DNA of 62,950 bases, counting the filler, from Octopus bimaculoides (lineage: Eukaryota): the NCBI RefSeq assembly GCF_001194135.2. It is 3 parts of 3 records of this genome, joined end to end, with 100 filler letters (N's around TTAATTAATTAA, not from the genome) between each part and the next. Parts side by side here need not be neighbours in the genome. Positions count along the whole stretch, not along the records: positions 1 to 28,177 come from NC_068989.1; 2 more parts are not named here. One strand, given 5' to 3'. Shown in pieces: positions 1 through 13,125 of this stretch. Position 1 is the first letter of the stretch. Every line of letters starts with the position of its first letter. A program made the position numbers and the translations under genes. The notes under the pieces were generated by a model, which saw only the letters and a list, made by a program, of their open reading frames with translations, did no database searches and was not told the origin of the DNA.

Positions 1-1020
1 ACACTGTCTTGCAACACAAAATACCTCGAGTCTTTGGTCTTCACGGCGCAGAACATTGGCAAATCTTTTCTTATCTGCTTCCCCTCTGGCTAAATAAACC
101 TGTCGCCTAGCCTCCCTTCTGGCACATTGGTACAATTCCCTGCTACCACCGTTCTTCCAGTCCTTCCAAGCCTGTTTCTTTTGTCCAATAGCCCTGTCTA
201 CCTCCTTGTTCCACCACCACGTTACTCTGGGTCGAGAGGGGACCTTACAGATCTGGTCGGTGGCTTTCAACAGGTTGTCCCGCAGAAATCTTCAAATATC
301 TTCCACGTTGTATGATGCTATATCCCCTTCTATTTCGTCAAATGCTTCAAGTAACTTGTCTCTAAGTCTCTGTCCATGTGCAGGGTCTTTAAGCTTCCAC
401 ACCCTTCTCCTCCAAGCCGGTCTAATTCTGGGCACCCATTTTGCCTTGATCCTGAAGTCGCTAACTACTAATCTATGTTGTGGGGTACATTCTTCGCCAG
501 GGTAGGTTTTGGCATTTATAAGCCGCCCTCTTTCCCTATTTCTGGCAAGGAAGTAGTCAATTTGGCTAGAGTGTCTGCCGGAGTGGTAGGTGACTAGGTG
601 ACTGGCAGGTTTCCTGAAGTTGGTATTGCAGACCATAAGATCGGTTGCATCACAGAACTCCAGCAGTCTGGTTCCCTCCTCATTGCGGGAATCGAATGCC
701 ATGGAAGTCTCCAGCACGACGTCCGACATGACCATTGAAGTCTCCAGCCACAAAGAGAAGGTCCCTGTCACTCGTCAACGAGGTAGTTTGCAAGAGGGTG
801 TCATAGAATTGGTCTTTCAGACCATCTGGTAGCCCCGGTTGAGGTGCATAGGCTGAGATGACAGTAGCTAATCTATGATGAAGCACTAGTCTAATCTTAA
901 GTACTCTGTCACTTACTCTAACTACCTCGATTACCTTATCCACCCATTTCCCTGCTAGAAGTATTCCTACGCCCCCGATCCCGTCAGTGTTCCTTGCCCA
1001 GAAAATCTTGTACCTGTGTT
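1..1020 (-). mobile_element. RTE-clade LINE fragment (AP endonuclease domain and linker), frameshifted
   Basis: ORFs 680..943 and 292..771 read VGILLAGKW.DKVIEVVRVSDR, SAYAPQPG, VAGDFNGHVG, NTNFRK, TYHSGRHSSQIDYFL and QHRLVVSDF, the APE endonuclease motifs. Linker WWWNKEVDRAI continues toward base 1. Confidence 0.9.
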
Positions 1021-1029
1021 CTTTGCCTG

Positions 1030-1615
1030 TGAGGAACCTCGCAGAACCTCAGCTTCCAAAATTACTGCAGAGCTTAATGACCACCTCGTGAACCCAGTTT
1101 CCACAAAAACTGTTTGCGGGGAGAGGCATAAAGCTGGATTTCATGGGAAGGCTGCAATCAGAAAACCACTACTTTCAAAAACAAACGTTGCAAAGTGTTT
1201 AGAGTGGAGTAAAAACCTACAGAATTGGTCCCAAGAGGAAATGCAATCTTTCAGGATGATAATGCACCAATTCACACAGCTAAAGTTGATACTGAATGAC
1301 ATGAGGAACATTCTAGTGAAGTTGAACATCTTATCTGGCCACCACAGTCCCCAGATCTCAATATTATCGAACATTTATGATGCATTTTAGAAAAACAAAT
1401 AAGGAGTCGATATCCTTCACAATCATTATTACAAGAACTGGAGATTGTTTTAACCGAAGAATGGACAAAAATTCATTTGGAAACAATTCAAACTTTGTAT
1501 AAGTCAATCCCTCATAAAATTCAAGTTGTAATTACTGCCAAAGGTGGTCCTACCCCATGTTAAAATAAATTTGTTTGAAATTTTAAGGTGTTTCCATTAT
1601 TTTGACTAACCCTTG
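1030..1615 (+). mobile_element. Tc1-like transposon, 3' half with right TIR
   Basis: KPLLSKTN..K.LEW, FQDDNAPIH and WPP.SPDLNIIEH motifs across frameshifts; C-terminus AKGGPTP. TIR ggtgtttccattatttttgactaacccttg is followed by TA. Confidence 0.88.
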
Positions 1616-2751
1616 TATATATATATAAAACACATGTAGCAAGATATTGTAGACGATTGTGATAGCTAATTGGCAATATTTCCACGCACGCATGCATGCA
1701 TGCTTGTGCACATGCATGCATAAGTGTGCATGCGTGTGTTTTCCCGTTGATCTCAAAGAACCAAAATGTTTCTCAAAAATAAATTTACTTTTCTCTTTCT
1801 CTCACAGATAAAAGAACAACCCTAAAACATCATTCTCTCCTACTCCCTCCCTACCATGCCCTACGAACTGAGCTAAAACTCACACTTCACTACCAACCTA
1901 GAGAAAGCCAGCGTGCATTATGCTATTAGGATTTAGATAAACCCTCGCCAGAAACTTGTACACAAAATACAGAATATTTGCATCAAAGTGGGTAGTACAT
2001 ACAAACACAAGCATACATCAAACCTATAAATTGCATATCTATCATAACCATAACACATAAACCCAAAGACCAAAATATGTGGTGGGGGTGGTGGTGTGAA
2101 TTATGGAAAGTTAGGAATGGTATACTTCAAATGTTATCTCCCTTCCCCACACCCTTCCCAGTCAAACCAAGTATAGTTTCTTAAATGCATATCTGACCAC
2201 CCATAAAAATACTGAAGTTATATTAATTACAATTATATTATATCACCATCCTAGAATTACGTTTTTGCTTATATGACCTAAATAAACACAAAAATAACAC
2301 AGTTTCACTTCAATGTTAATTGCCATCTGTAAGTTCAAAGCCTATGTCACTTAGGCAAAAGACTGAAACTACTACCTAATCCCTACGTCTCATGCAATCA
2401 ACTGGATGGTCACAATTAGAACTGATTTCACCAAAGTTCGTTTAATCATTGCTGACCTGGGTCCTGTCAGTTTTGACTGAATAACAAATTAACCAGCAAT
2501 AGGACTTCTATCTGATCATTCAAATTCCCAGAAACAGAAGCTAAAATCTCCCTCAAATCCTAACTGACTGTTTATAAGGAATGGATGGGATTTCTATCTA
2601 ATCATTCAGTTTGCCAGAAACAGATGCCAAAATAACCTTCAATTTCTACGTGACGGTTTATAAGAAATGGATGGGCACTTACAGCTGTTTGTGAAGTTGA
2701 TGTAAGTGATCCCTGAAGAGTATTAATAAAGCTGTTTGATATTCAGAGTAT

Positions 2752-3126
2752 GGATCTTTGGGGTTTGACGGGCAACATTTTTTTTGTAGTGTTTTTGGTA
2801 CCGAAACACTTTCAAACTTCGAATATTTGTATGTTTTGTGGTATAGAACAGATAAAAAATTTTGTATTCGAAGTTATTTTATGTAAAAAATTGTCATATT
2901 TCGGTAATTTCAACCAATCACTGACGTCTATTGAGTTGAAAACAATTAATGCTGTAACGGTGTCATGGGATCCTTTCCCTTGAATAAAATTAGTCCCGTT
3001 GTTTGTCAACAACAACTACCCGTGTTAAGAGAAAAAGTTGTTTTATATGACACATTCTACCAGTGTCCCAAGTTTGAAAGTGTTTTGTTAAGAAAACAAA
3101 TGTTGCCCGTCAAACCCCAAAGATCC
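2752..3126. mobile_element. 375-bp MITE with perfect 29-bp TIRs and 8-bp TSD (Merlin- or hAT-like)
   Basis: GGATCTTTGGGGTTTGACGGGCAACATTT at 2752-2780 and its exact reverse complement at 3098-3126. CAGAGTAT flanks both sides (2744-2751, 3127-3134). Confidence 0.9.
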
Positions 3127-3769
3127 CAGAGTATTAATAAAGCTAATTGATACTCATTCTAAGCCACTGAAAGCCCTGCAGTTTAACCAAATGGCCTAAG
3201 TTCTCAGTAAGAACTAGATATATGGCTATTAAACCTAATAAACTACTGGTACATTAATAGCATTATAAACCATATATCTGTAAATTTTAGTCAATACTGT
3301 ATATAATAGAGAAATGTAAACATTTTATCAGGGCAACAGAATACATTTGCATCCTAAATGTAGTCTTTGTTTATATATTGCTTCTATAGTGAGATCATGC
3401 CTGTAGTTGTGCTTGCTGTCAGCATGTTAAATAATGACCAATTCTCACAAACAGGCTTAAAGGAATGAATCAATGTCATAATGGTGGTGTGTAAAGTGGT
3501 AATCCACCATGGCTGCTAGGAGAGAAAGTGTTAAGTAAACAGGAGTAAAACAAACAGACCTAATTTGGTAAAAATAATACAAGGCCTGACCAAATGTCAC
3601 ATCTCTTTCTTTCACTCAATTCTAATACTAACCAAAGTCAAACTTAACATTCCATGTCTTTCATACATAACCCTTTTTGATTTGATGAAATGAGTAACAT
3701 AACACACTGGTATTGATTGACTCAAACATATTTTCTCTCTAACAAATTATTATTATCATTATTATTATA

Positions 3770-4125
3770 ACCCCCCCTCCCTTAGTGAAGGAGGAGTTAT
3801 TGTTTTCAGTCGTGTTTGTTTGTTTGTCTGTGGACAAGATATCTCAAGAACTGCAAGATGGATTCAGATGAAACTTTCAGGGATGTTTGGCCTCGTGACT
3901 GGCACGAACTGATTAGATTTTGGGATCGATCCAGTACTGGACAAGGATTCTGGATTATTTTTCCTGTTTTTTTTAATTTAATTTTGGGTTCATTTTTTAG
4001 TATTCTTGTTTGTGGGAGCAGTCAAGTTTATTTCAGATATTCTCATTTTAAAAACCATCTCTGGCTAATCATTGAGAAGACGTTGGTGTTGCCTTGGTGG
4101 AGGTTTGCGCTCTCTGAGTGCTCTT
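3770..4125 (+). mobile_element. Non-autonomous Helentron-like element (HINE type)
   Basis: 5' cctcc..aaggaggagttattgttttc, internal (gttt)n/gtct, 3' CCTTGGTGGAGG followed by hairpin GCGCTC-TCT-GAGTGC; sits in a (TTA)n tract. Confidence 0.6.
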
Positions 4126-4458
4126 ATTATTATTATTATCATTATTATTATAACCCCCCCTCCCTTAGTGAAGGAGGAGTTATTGTTTTCAGTCGTNNNN
4201 NNNNNNNNNNNNNNNNNNNNNNNNNNNNNNNNNNNNNNNNNNNNNNNNNNNNNNNNNNNNNNNNNNNNNNNNNNNNNNNNNNNNNNNNNNNNNNNNNNNN
4301 NNNNNNNNNNNNNNNNNNNNNNNNNNNNNNNNNNNNNNNNNNNNNNNNNNNNNNNNNNNNNNNNNNNNNNNNNAAATGGCTGCCCTTGTGGTAAAATTTG
4401 AAACCATTATTTTTTTTAAAAATTTTACTAATCTTGTTTACATCCAAAACCCTCACAA

Positions 4459-4492
<34 letters not shown>

Positions 4493-4579
4493 ATTTGTGT
4501 TTCTTTCCTGTGCTGTCCATGTTTTTCTTCATGTAAACCCTTGTGGTTAATAAAGAAATCATCATTATTATTATTATTA

Positions 4580-5430
4580 AGGTGGTGAGCTGGCAGAATC
4601 GTTAACGTGCCAGACAAAATGCTTAGTGGAATGTTCTGAGTTCATATTCTGCCAAGGTTGACTTTGCCTTTCATCCTTTCTGAGTCGATAAATTAAGTAC
4701 CAGTGAAACACTGGGGTCAATGTAATTGGCTGGTCCCCTCCCACAGAATTTCAGGCCTTTAGTAGAAAGGATTATTACTATAATTATTATTAAGGTGAGA
4801 TGGCAGTTCTGAGTTCAAATTCCAGCAAAACTGACTTTGCCTTTCATCCTTTCGGGGTCAATAAATTAAGTACCAGTTACGCACTCGGGTCAATGTAATT
4901 GACTTAAATCCTTTGTCTGTCCTTGTTTGTCCCCTCTATGTTTAGCTCCTTGTGAGCAATAAAGAAATAAGAAACATTAGAATGCCAGGCAAAATGCTTA
5001 GCGGTATTTTGCCTGTCACTATATTCTGAGCTTAAATTCTGCTGAGGTTGACTTTGCCTTTCATCCTTTCAGGATCTATAAATTAAGTACCAGTGAAACA
5101 CTGGGGTTGATGCAATCAGCTAGTCCCCTCCCACCAAATTTCAGGCCTTGTGCCTTTAGTAGAAAGGATCATTATAATTTAAGGTAGAAAGCTGGCAGAA
5201 TTACTAGCATGCTGGACAAAATGCTTAGTGGTATTTCGCCTGTCGCTACATTCTGAGTTCAAATTTCGCCAAGGTTGACTTTGCTTTTCATCCTTTAGGG
5301 GCTGATGAAATAAGTAACCAGTTATGGACAGAGTCAATATAAACCAGTTATGGAGTGGATCAATACAATATAGTTCCCACCCCAAAATTTAAAGCTTTGT
5401 GTCTTTAGTAGAAAGGATTATTATTATTAT
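4580..5430 (+). mobile_element. Head-to-tail array of four diverged copies of one tRNA-derived SINE family
   Basis: Repeated gagctggcagaatcgttag..ttctgagttcaaattc..gactttgcctttcatccttt..gataaattaagtaccag..tttagtagaaaggattatta. Copies start near 4581, 4793, 4975 and 5181. Confidence 0.8.
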
Positions 5431-6804
5431 TATGGTGGTGAAATCACTACATAGTACTGCTTCATGCATATAAACCTTACCCAGATTATCTTAGTTTTCT
5501 ATAACCTTTAGGTAAGCTGACCTAAGTAGTACCTGTAATACACTGTAGGTGATACTGAATCACTGAGCTGTTCACCCTCTTCTCCATGTCAGACTTCCAA
5601 CATCACCATGAATGGTGAAATGTCTTTCTGGAGCAAGAAATTTAATTCTACCTTATCATCTCTAAGGCTCCTTGTTTAACGAAGATAATTATCTTACTTT
5701 ACAACAACCACATCAAATATCCTTTATAACACATATACCCATTGAACGTAATTACAATCAAATATATTCCTCAACAGAAATCTAATATTTAAGGAAGATG
5801 AAATCAACAGCATCCTTACATTATTTTATTAGATTGTTATAAACATTCTGTTTGAAGTTTATAGGAAGCCATTCATCTGTCGTTAGTCACTTCTCAAACA
5901 GGAAGTGAAGAATTTTCTGGGTTTCTGAAGATTCCAGCATGTATATTACATGTATGTTGCTCCATGTTTTTGTGACTTTTGTTTCTCTTTTCATCATAGT
6001 CAGTCTCAGTCTCTCTTTCTCTCTCTCCCTCTCAACCTGTTAATCAGGTCTTTCTGTTGTTTTCTTAATCTATTTCTCTTTAACCCCTCTCTAGCTTTGT
6101 CTATCAATCATGTTCATCTCTTGTTTTATCAGTCCCCCACAGCTTATTTCAGCCTCATCAGCAGCAACACCAACATCACTATCATCATTATCATTATCAT
6201 CACCATTATTGTCATTATCATCATCATCATTCTCTATACCATTCCAAGATTACTGGTCACTGCCACAGTCCAGCCTGCTTCTCACCACCACCAACACTAC
6301 AACCAGCAGCTATCTATGAGGCTTACCACTGCTAAAGAGAGGAGCCTCTATTTGTTACTACCATACCATAAGAAGCCAAAATGACCATACCTAACCTCCC
6401 TCCATGCATTTGTTTTTGATGGCTTTGAGATTTTTCTCAAAGCTTTAAATGATTCTTAAGTTCTGGAAAAGCTTTAAAGGGCTCCAGTTCCCTTACTGCG
6501 ATAAATTAAATATTAGTCAGAGCACATTTCCATAGACAATACAATGTTCTGCTTATCTCACTTAAAGGAACAAATTAAATGTTATACTGATCCAGAACAC
6601 ACAAAAGCTACTTGAATGTTGCTTGATTATAAAAAAGGGGTACTGGAGGCACTACTGAGAGATCTTATAAAAGTCAATTCAATACTGTAGCAAATTAGAT
6701 GAGGAATCAGACCACCTGCTTATTGAGAGTAGTTCAAATCCATTGCAGGAATTTACTTGGGTTCTTCAAGGTCGATAATATTATACATTGCTACAATTTT
6801 CAAG

Positions 6805-6970
6805 CACCCACTACATTCTCGGAGTGGTTGGCATTAGGAAGGGCATCCAGCTGTAGAAACTCTGCCAAATCAGATTGGAGCCTGGTGTAGCCATCTGGTT
6901 CGCCAGTCCTCAGTCAAATCGTCCAACCCATGCTAGCATGGAAAGCGGACGTTAAACGATGATGATGATG
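6805..6970 (+). mobile_element. RTE LINE 3' UTR module ending in (GAT)n
   Basis: gagtggttggcattaggaagggcatccagctgtagaaac...ggaaagcggacgttaaacgatgatgatg; near-identical to 21685-21857. Confidence 0.75.
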
Positions 6971-7516
6971 TTCATTCATTTAACATAAATTTTTCCATAT
7001 TAGCACAGGTTGGACAAGGTCTTATTTGAAACACAACCAGATGCTGTACCTGTCACCAACCCTAACTTGTTTTTCAAGTTAGGGTTTTATTTCACTGGTC
7101 TTCAAAACCACTGACCGTCATCAAAGCTACAGAGTGACCGTCATAATCTCTAAAAGTAACAAACATATCAATGCTTCACTCAGCCAGTGACAAACAAAAA
7201 CCATTGAATGACACTATTTATGCACATGCACACAAACAAACACAGTGGAGGACAAAATACAATAAGATGGAATAAATTTTCAATCAACATTATTAGACTG
7301 ATGCCTATATATACACACACACACATGCACATTTAATATTCTCTCTATTGTCCTATGTACAAGACATTACATGAAGTGATTGGCAATAGGATGAGCATCC
7401 AGTTGTAGAAACCAAGCCAAATGACAAGTACAAGTACCAGTTTATGGAAACAACAGCTCCCATTAGGTGATGGCTCAAACCATGATGACCTGTCCAACCC
7501 ATGCCAGAATGGAAAA

Positions 7517-7696
7517 CAGATGTAAAAGTAATGATGATGATGATATATACAAACAGACATGATGAGCTTCCAATCAGTTTCTGTTTACCAAATTCTTTCA
7601 TCAAGTATTAGTTGGCTTTGGGTTGTAGTAGAAGAGACTTGTCTAATGTATAATGTAAGGGCCTGAACCTAAAACTGCGTGGTTTCAAATGAACTT
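7517..7696 (+). repeat. 180-bp local duplication, copy 1 (copy 2 at 9819-9998)
   Basis: Direct comparison shows 2 mismatches in 180 bp. Confidence 0.92.
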
Positions 7697-7849
7697 CTTA
7701 ACCACAGAGCCATGCCTCCACTGCTTGTGGTTAGCAAATGGATAGATCATCTGATAGATTGTTGTCTTATCCAGTTGGAGGTTTGTCTTACACCTGTTCA
7801 AAGTCATGTATCCAAAGTTAAGCACCATTATCATCTAACTTTTACTTTT

Positions 7850-8210
7850 TTCAGTCATTAGACTGTGGCCATGGTGGGACACCACTTGAAGAATTTTAGC
7901 TGAATGAATTGATCCCAGTACTTACTTTTTAATGCCTGGTACTTATTCTATCAGTGTCTTTTACTGAACCACTAAGTTACAGGGACATTAATACACCAAC
8001 ACCAGTTGTCAAGTGGTGGTGGGTGACAAACACATACACAAAGACACATATACGACAGGCTTCTTTCAGTTTCTGTCTATCAGATACACTCACAGGGATT
8101 TGGTCAGCCCGAGGCTGCAGCAGAAGACACTTAAGGTGCCATGCAGCAGGACTGAACCTGGAACCATGTGGCTAGGAAGCAAACCTCTTACACCAGCAGC
8201 TACACCTGCA
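7850..8210 (-). mobile_element. tRNA-derived SINE (CORE-like family, consensus-like copy at 55557)
   Basis: Reverse-strand match to the 55557-55955 copy. Confidence 0.8.
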
Positions 8211-8701
8211 CCTTAAAAAAAGTCTCAACAGGGTTTCCAAAGGCAGTGTTGACATTTTTTGTATACATTATCTTAACAGTAAAGGTGTTTTATATTCCAG
8301 AGAATAGTAGAAGAAAGAATAAAAAAAACAACACCATAACACCGATTTAGATTTAGTCTTCTCATTTTTGTTATATACCAAGCCAATCAAGAATTTTTTT
8401 TTTTTGTAAATTTTTTTATCCTAGTGTGATAGATTATATATGGATATACGGCTTGTACCAATTTTCCAGTATGAGCTGGATAACATGCTCATCTAGTTTT
8501 ACAAAAAGTATCTCCCATTGACATCACTAAGACCCCTCACACACATGTAACTGAAGAATTTTTAATCTACCCACATCTCAATCACAAATCACACAAGCTG
8601 ACTGCTTCCTTTAGCACTAAAAGCATTAATTATTTTGTTTTGTTTACTTGGTTTATTTTTTTCCTATCTCTACTTCATCCACCAACAGCTGTCTCCCTTA
8701 C

Positions 8702-8768
8702 ATGTGGAAGACAAGGATAAAAAATCGGACAATGCCATGTCTGAGATCAATTTTTGTGGAATGTCTAT
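8702..8768 (-). CDS. Candidate coding exon (IDIPQKLISDMALSDFLSLSST) of an unidentified gene
   Basis: Minus-strand acceptor cctgcag, donor GTAAGG, 67 nt open frame, phase 0 to 1; phase-compatible with 10085-10176. Confidence 0.4.
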
Positions 8769-8994
8769 CTGCAGGATATATGCAACAGTATATTTGATAT
8801 TGCATCCTCTTAATCTCTATCTCTCTTTCTTGCATGTGGGCGCACACACACACACACACAACATTTATTCAAATACTCACATGCACACATATAAACATAT
8901 ATACAAATATTTAGACACACATAAACATATATACAAATACACACACACATACATATATATATACATAATGCATTTAGTATATATGTGTATTTTA

Positions 8995-9029
<35 letters not shown>

Positions 9030-9169
9030 TTACATGTGTGTGTGTATTTATATATAAAGAGAAAAAGATAAGGATAAACACAAGTTGATATATACATGCA
9101 CAATGTATACATATATACACACACATATGCATACACACACACATGTAGACACACACACACACATGTGTG

Positions 9170-9213
<44 letters not shown>

Positions 9214-9384
9214 ATACAATATTGCACACAAATATATGACACAGAAAGAGCGAGAGAGAGATTAAGAGAATGCAGGAAGCCACCTGATTTAGTGGTATGG
9301 AGCAGGTGAGAATATTTATGCTGACTGTTGTTTAGTTACATTCATCAGTAATTCAACTGATGGCATCAAAAATGTTATTGAATG

Positions 9385-9818
9385 TAGTTGCAAGTCATCA
9401 TCATCATCATCATTTAACGTCCATTTCCCATGCTGGCATGGGTTAGATAGTTTGACAAGGAGCTGACCAGCTGAAGAGCTGTTCAGGCTCCATGTATGTT
9501 TTGGCAACGTTTCTACAGCCGGACGTCCTTCCTAACACCAGCCACTTTATAGAGTGTACTGGGCACTTTTACACAGCACTGGCATGGATGCTTTTTCTGT
9601 GGCACCAGCACCTATAAGCCTGCAACACTAAGGATGCTCAGCTGAGATGGTTGCAAGAGGTGAGCCTGTATGTAAGAGCAACCATGCTTTTACTTAGCTT
9701 GACATGTCTTTCCAAGCACACTAAATCACAGGTGTCTTGGTCCCCTCTCACCTCCTGTGTGAGTCCCAGCGCTTGTAGATCCTTTCTCACCACTTCATCC
9801 TACGTCTTCTTGGGTCTA
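9385..9818 (-). mobile_element. 5'-truncated RTE LINE 3' end
   Basis: RPKKT*DEVVRKDLQALGL...LEKTCQAK* followed by the 3' UTR module and a (GAT)n tail on the minus strand. Confidence 0.8.
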
Positions 9819-9998
9819 CAGATGTAAAAGTAATGATGATGATGATATATACAAACAGACATGATGAGCTTCCATTCAGTTTCTGTTTACCAAATTCTTT
9901 CATCAAGTATTAGTTGGCTTTGGGTTGTAGTAGAAGAGACTTGTCTAATGTACAATGTAAGGGCCTGAACCTAAAACTGCGTGGTTTCAAATGAACTT
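9819..9998 (+). repeat. 180-bp local duplication, copy 2
   Basis: Matches 7517-7696 and abuts the truncated 5' end of the RTE fragment. Confidence 0.92.
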
Positions 9999-10084
9999 TC
10001 CACATGTTCCCCTACCAACCCCCAAAAAGTGAAATAAAATGAAATAAAAATAAAATAAAAATCACTGCACTATATTCCACATAC

Positions 10085-10176
10085 TGAGCTATACAGAATG
10101 TCATTTTCCAGTCGTATATAAAATCTCATGAGAGCCTCTATGCAGTCGCTCAGTCTGCTAGAAATAACAGTCAAAT
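10085..10176 (-). CDS. Candidate coding exon (LTVISSRLSDCIEALMRFYIRLENDILYSS)
   Basis: Acceptor acctag downstream of a T-rich tract, donor GTATGT, 92 nt open, phase 1 to 0. An alternative acceptor would give an exon end at 10157. Confidence 0.4.
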
Positions 10177-10584
10177 CTAGGTTGTCATCAATTGACAAAC
10201 AAAATAAAAAGACTGGATGGTTCATAACTAGAACACCTTTAACCCTATGTATACTAACCACCAGGACATATTTCATCATCAAGGTTGACCTAACACTAAA
10301 CAACAACATTTGTACAGTTGCTATGGTGATATTTGTTCAACTAAATCTGTGGTCCTCAAACTGAACAGTATTGTGCCGCTTGAAGGTATAGAGAGCTCAC
10401 AAGGTGGAATCAAATCCCAAGATAGAGTTGGGTGTTTAGAGGAGAGGGATCATGGTTTTTCTAACCTACTTAGTTAAAATGCTTATATTCTATAAGGAGT
10501 AAGAACATGGCAAAAGCAAAAAGGCATAGATGTAGACAATTAGTGGCCAAACCAGACACCTCTTAGATCCAATCTTTTATTTCT

Positions 10585-10965
10585 TTCAGTCATTAGACTG
10601 TGGCCATACTGGGGTATTGCTTAGAGGAATTTTAGTTAAATGAATTAACCCCAGTACATTTTTTTTAAGCCTGGTACTTAATCTATTAGTTTCTTTTACT
10701 GAACAGCTAAGTTATGAGGATGTAAACACACCAACAACAGTTGTGAAGCAGTGGTGGAGGACAAACAGACATAAACACACACACACACACACACACACAC
10801 ACGACAGGCTTCTTTCAGTTTCCATCAACCAAATCCACTTGCGAGACTTTGGTTGACCTGAGGCTGTAGTAGAGGGCACTTTCCCAAGGTGCCACACAAT
10901 GGGACTGAGCCCAGAACCATGTAGTTGGGAAGCAAACTTCTTACCACACAGCCACTCCTGTGCCT
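10585..10965 (-). mobile_element. CORE-like tRNA-derived SINE, full length with internal (CA)n
   Basis: Reverse-strand match to 55557-55955. Confidence 0.85.
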
Positions 10966-11740
10966 ATGATATAATTTCATCATATAAGTCCTTTGTTTTT
11001 TATGTAATTTCCATAAAAATTAATTACAGATACCATCGGTTCATGTAAATACCTAAAATGCAGCGTATACTGCATGGAGTGGTATAAAACACCAAAGAAA
11101 CTCCAATTATGATGATTCCACACATTTTTTTTTTTTTTTTCATAATGTCATAATGTCTTTCTGCATATCCCTGATATGAAATCATTGAGGGAAGCTATAT
11201 GTGGTCAAATCTCTCTCAGAACCAAACTAAACTTGCTCAAAAAAAAAAAAAAAAAAAGGACTCACTGAACAATGATACTTATACTATGCTTAGTTTAAAG
11301 ATTAGAAACTTAACAGGGATTTATTTGGCTGCTGTATTCATCAAATCTGCTAACTACATTAAAGACAAAGAAGCCTCTACACGGTCAAATTTCCCTCAAA
11401 TTGTACTCTAATGTCTTATAGGATGAAGGACATGCTGGATAATGTCATCTGAGATATACAATGCTTTTAAAACAAAAAAAATATGGAAGAGAAAAGGATA
11501 TAAAAATCACAAATATTTAATAAATGAGATTAAATGTAGTTGTTCTTGCTTAACCCTAGATCAGCCCTGATCGAGTAGACCTACAATAAAAGGCATCCCA
11601 ACTGTGTTATTTTTGTTCAACATGTCACTTCTTTCCTTTAAGACAGCTTAGTCGGAGTTGAGAGAGATTTGATTGTTATTTGTAGTAAGTGGGCACCTAC
11701 AGAGCGGTTCCCTTATTGGTTTGTTAATAATAGTTATTAA

Positions 11741-11939
11741 CCCTTCAGCATTTAGATTATTCTGTTAAATATAATGCTTATTTATTTATATTGCTTTGCA
11801 GTAATTATGCATTATTGAGATTTCAATGATGATTGTTTTTAGAATGACAGTACTGGTGTAAGGGGCCAAATCTGGCTAGTTTCAATGTAAAATAGGCTGA
11901 ATATTTGCGCCAAATATAGCCAGTTTAAATGCTAAAGGG
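11741..11939. mobile_element. piggyBac-type MITE
   Basis: TTAA|CCCTTCAGCATT ... AATGCTAAAGGG|TTAA, i.e. TTAA TSD with CCC...GGG termini. Confidence 0.85.
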
Positions 11940-13041
11940 TTAAATTAGCTATTGTATACAGAGCTGGGAATAATATATTTGTTTTTGAGCTGTCCTTTAA
12001 ACCCCACCCCCCAAAAAAACACTACTCCATAATGGAAAAGGGTCATATTATTCCATCTATGTAAAACAAGTTCAAACACATACTCATAATTTGCTTTCTT
12101 CTATTGCTTCTACAAGGGACTCTGCTTTTCTGGATCACCTAGTTGCATACTTTCTTCAACCAGTCCAGCACAACACACCTGTCTTTGTTTTTTTTTTTTC
12201 ATACAAGCATAACTGTTACTATGTCTTATTATGTCCCATTTCTTAGATCCCTAACGAAACATTTTATCCAGTCTTGAACTGTAGCCATCTGAAATTCTTT
12301 CCCCTACTACTGTTCCTTGCCATCCAATAATCACTGTTTCAAATCAGCTTCGAGAAGATTCTTTCAGTCAATTCTGTCAACATACATAATGAACATATTC
12401 TTTTTAGAAACATCCATGTTGTCTTTAGTTGAAGATACATGACTTGAAGTGCAAGAGTGTTAGGTTCATGATCATTAGATTGTGAGTTCAATTCCTGGAA
12501 AAACAATGCATTGTGTCCTTAAACAAAGCACTTCATTACACATTACTATAATACACACATCTGAAAAGGAGTACCAGCAAAATGTGTAGGGTTACCTCCA
12601 AAGCAGACAAGCATCCCTTTCAGGGGTTAGTCTTGGATTTTCAACTTAGATGGAAATACTGATAAACTCCGGCTTCATGAACTTGTTGATTTGAAAGAAA
12701 GGTTTTTTTTTTTTATGTTGTCTCTATGAATACAATCAGAAGCTTTTTATCAAATCTGTATTGTGCCAAAAAGGATATTTCTACATAATTGCACAAACTA
12801 TTAATAATAGCAACCTATTATCTCCATTCCCTTAAATCCAGCCTTAGAATCTTAAAAGATTAATTAAAAAAAAAAACATACATTTGATAATGTCATCCTA
12901 AATATCCACTCACGAAGTCTGGAAAAAAAACAACAGCAAAAAAAAAGGCAGGATGGTCATAAGAGAAACTGAGCTAAGACTAAATTACAAAAACAGCAAC
13001 AGCAACCAGATATTTATATAAGCAAGTACTTATTGACCTAC

Positions 13042-13125
13042 CTCCAGCATCATTTTGGTCCACTTCTGGCCAATTGCACCACTTTTGTTTCTACACTGCC
13101 TCATTGTTCCAGAACACAGTATAAC
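13042..13125 (-). CDS. Candidate exon, reading frame ambiguous
   Basis: Strong donor gag|GTAGGT, weak AT-rich acceptor. Frame 0 is open (VILCSGTMRQCRNKSGAIGQKWTKMMLE). The phase 1-1 frame reads YTVFWNNEAV*KQKWCNWPEVDQNDAG. Confidence 0.3.

Noticed and set aside
4125-4196. Exact repeat of 3745-3813 after the HINE-like element
   Set aside because: Terminates at an N gap, so a tandem copy cannot be distinguished from a misjoin.
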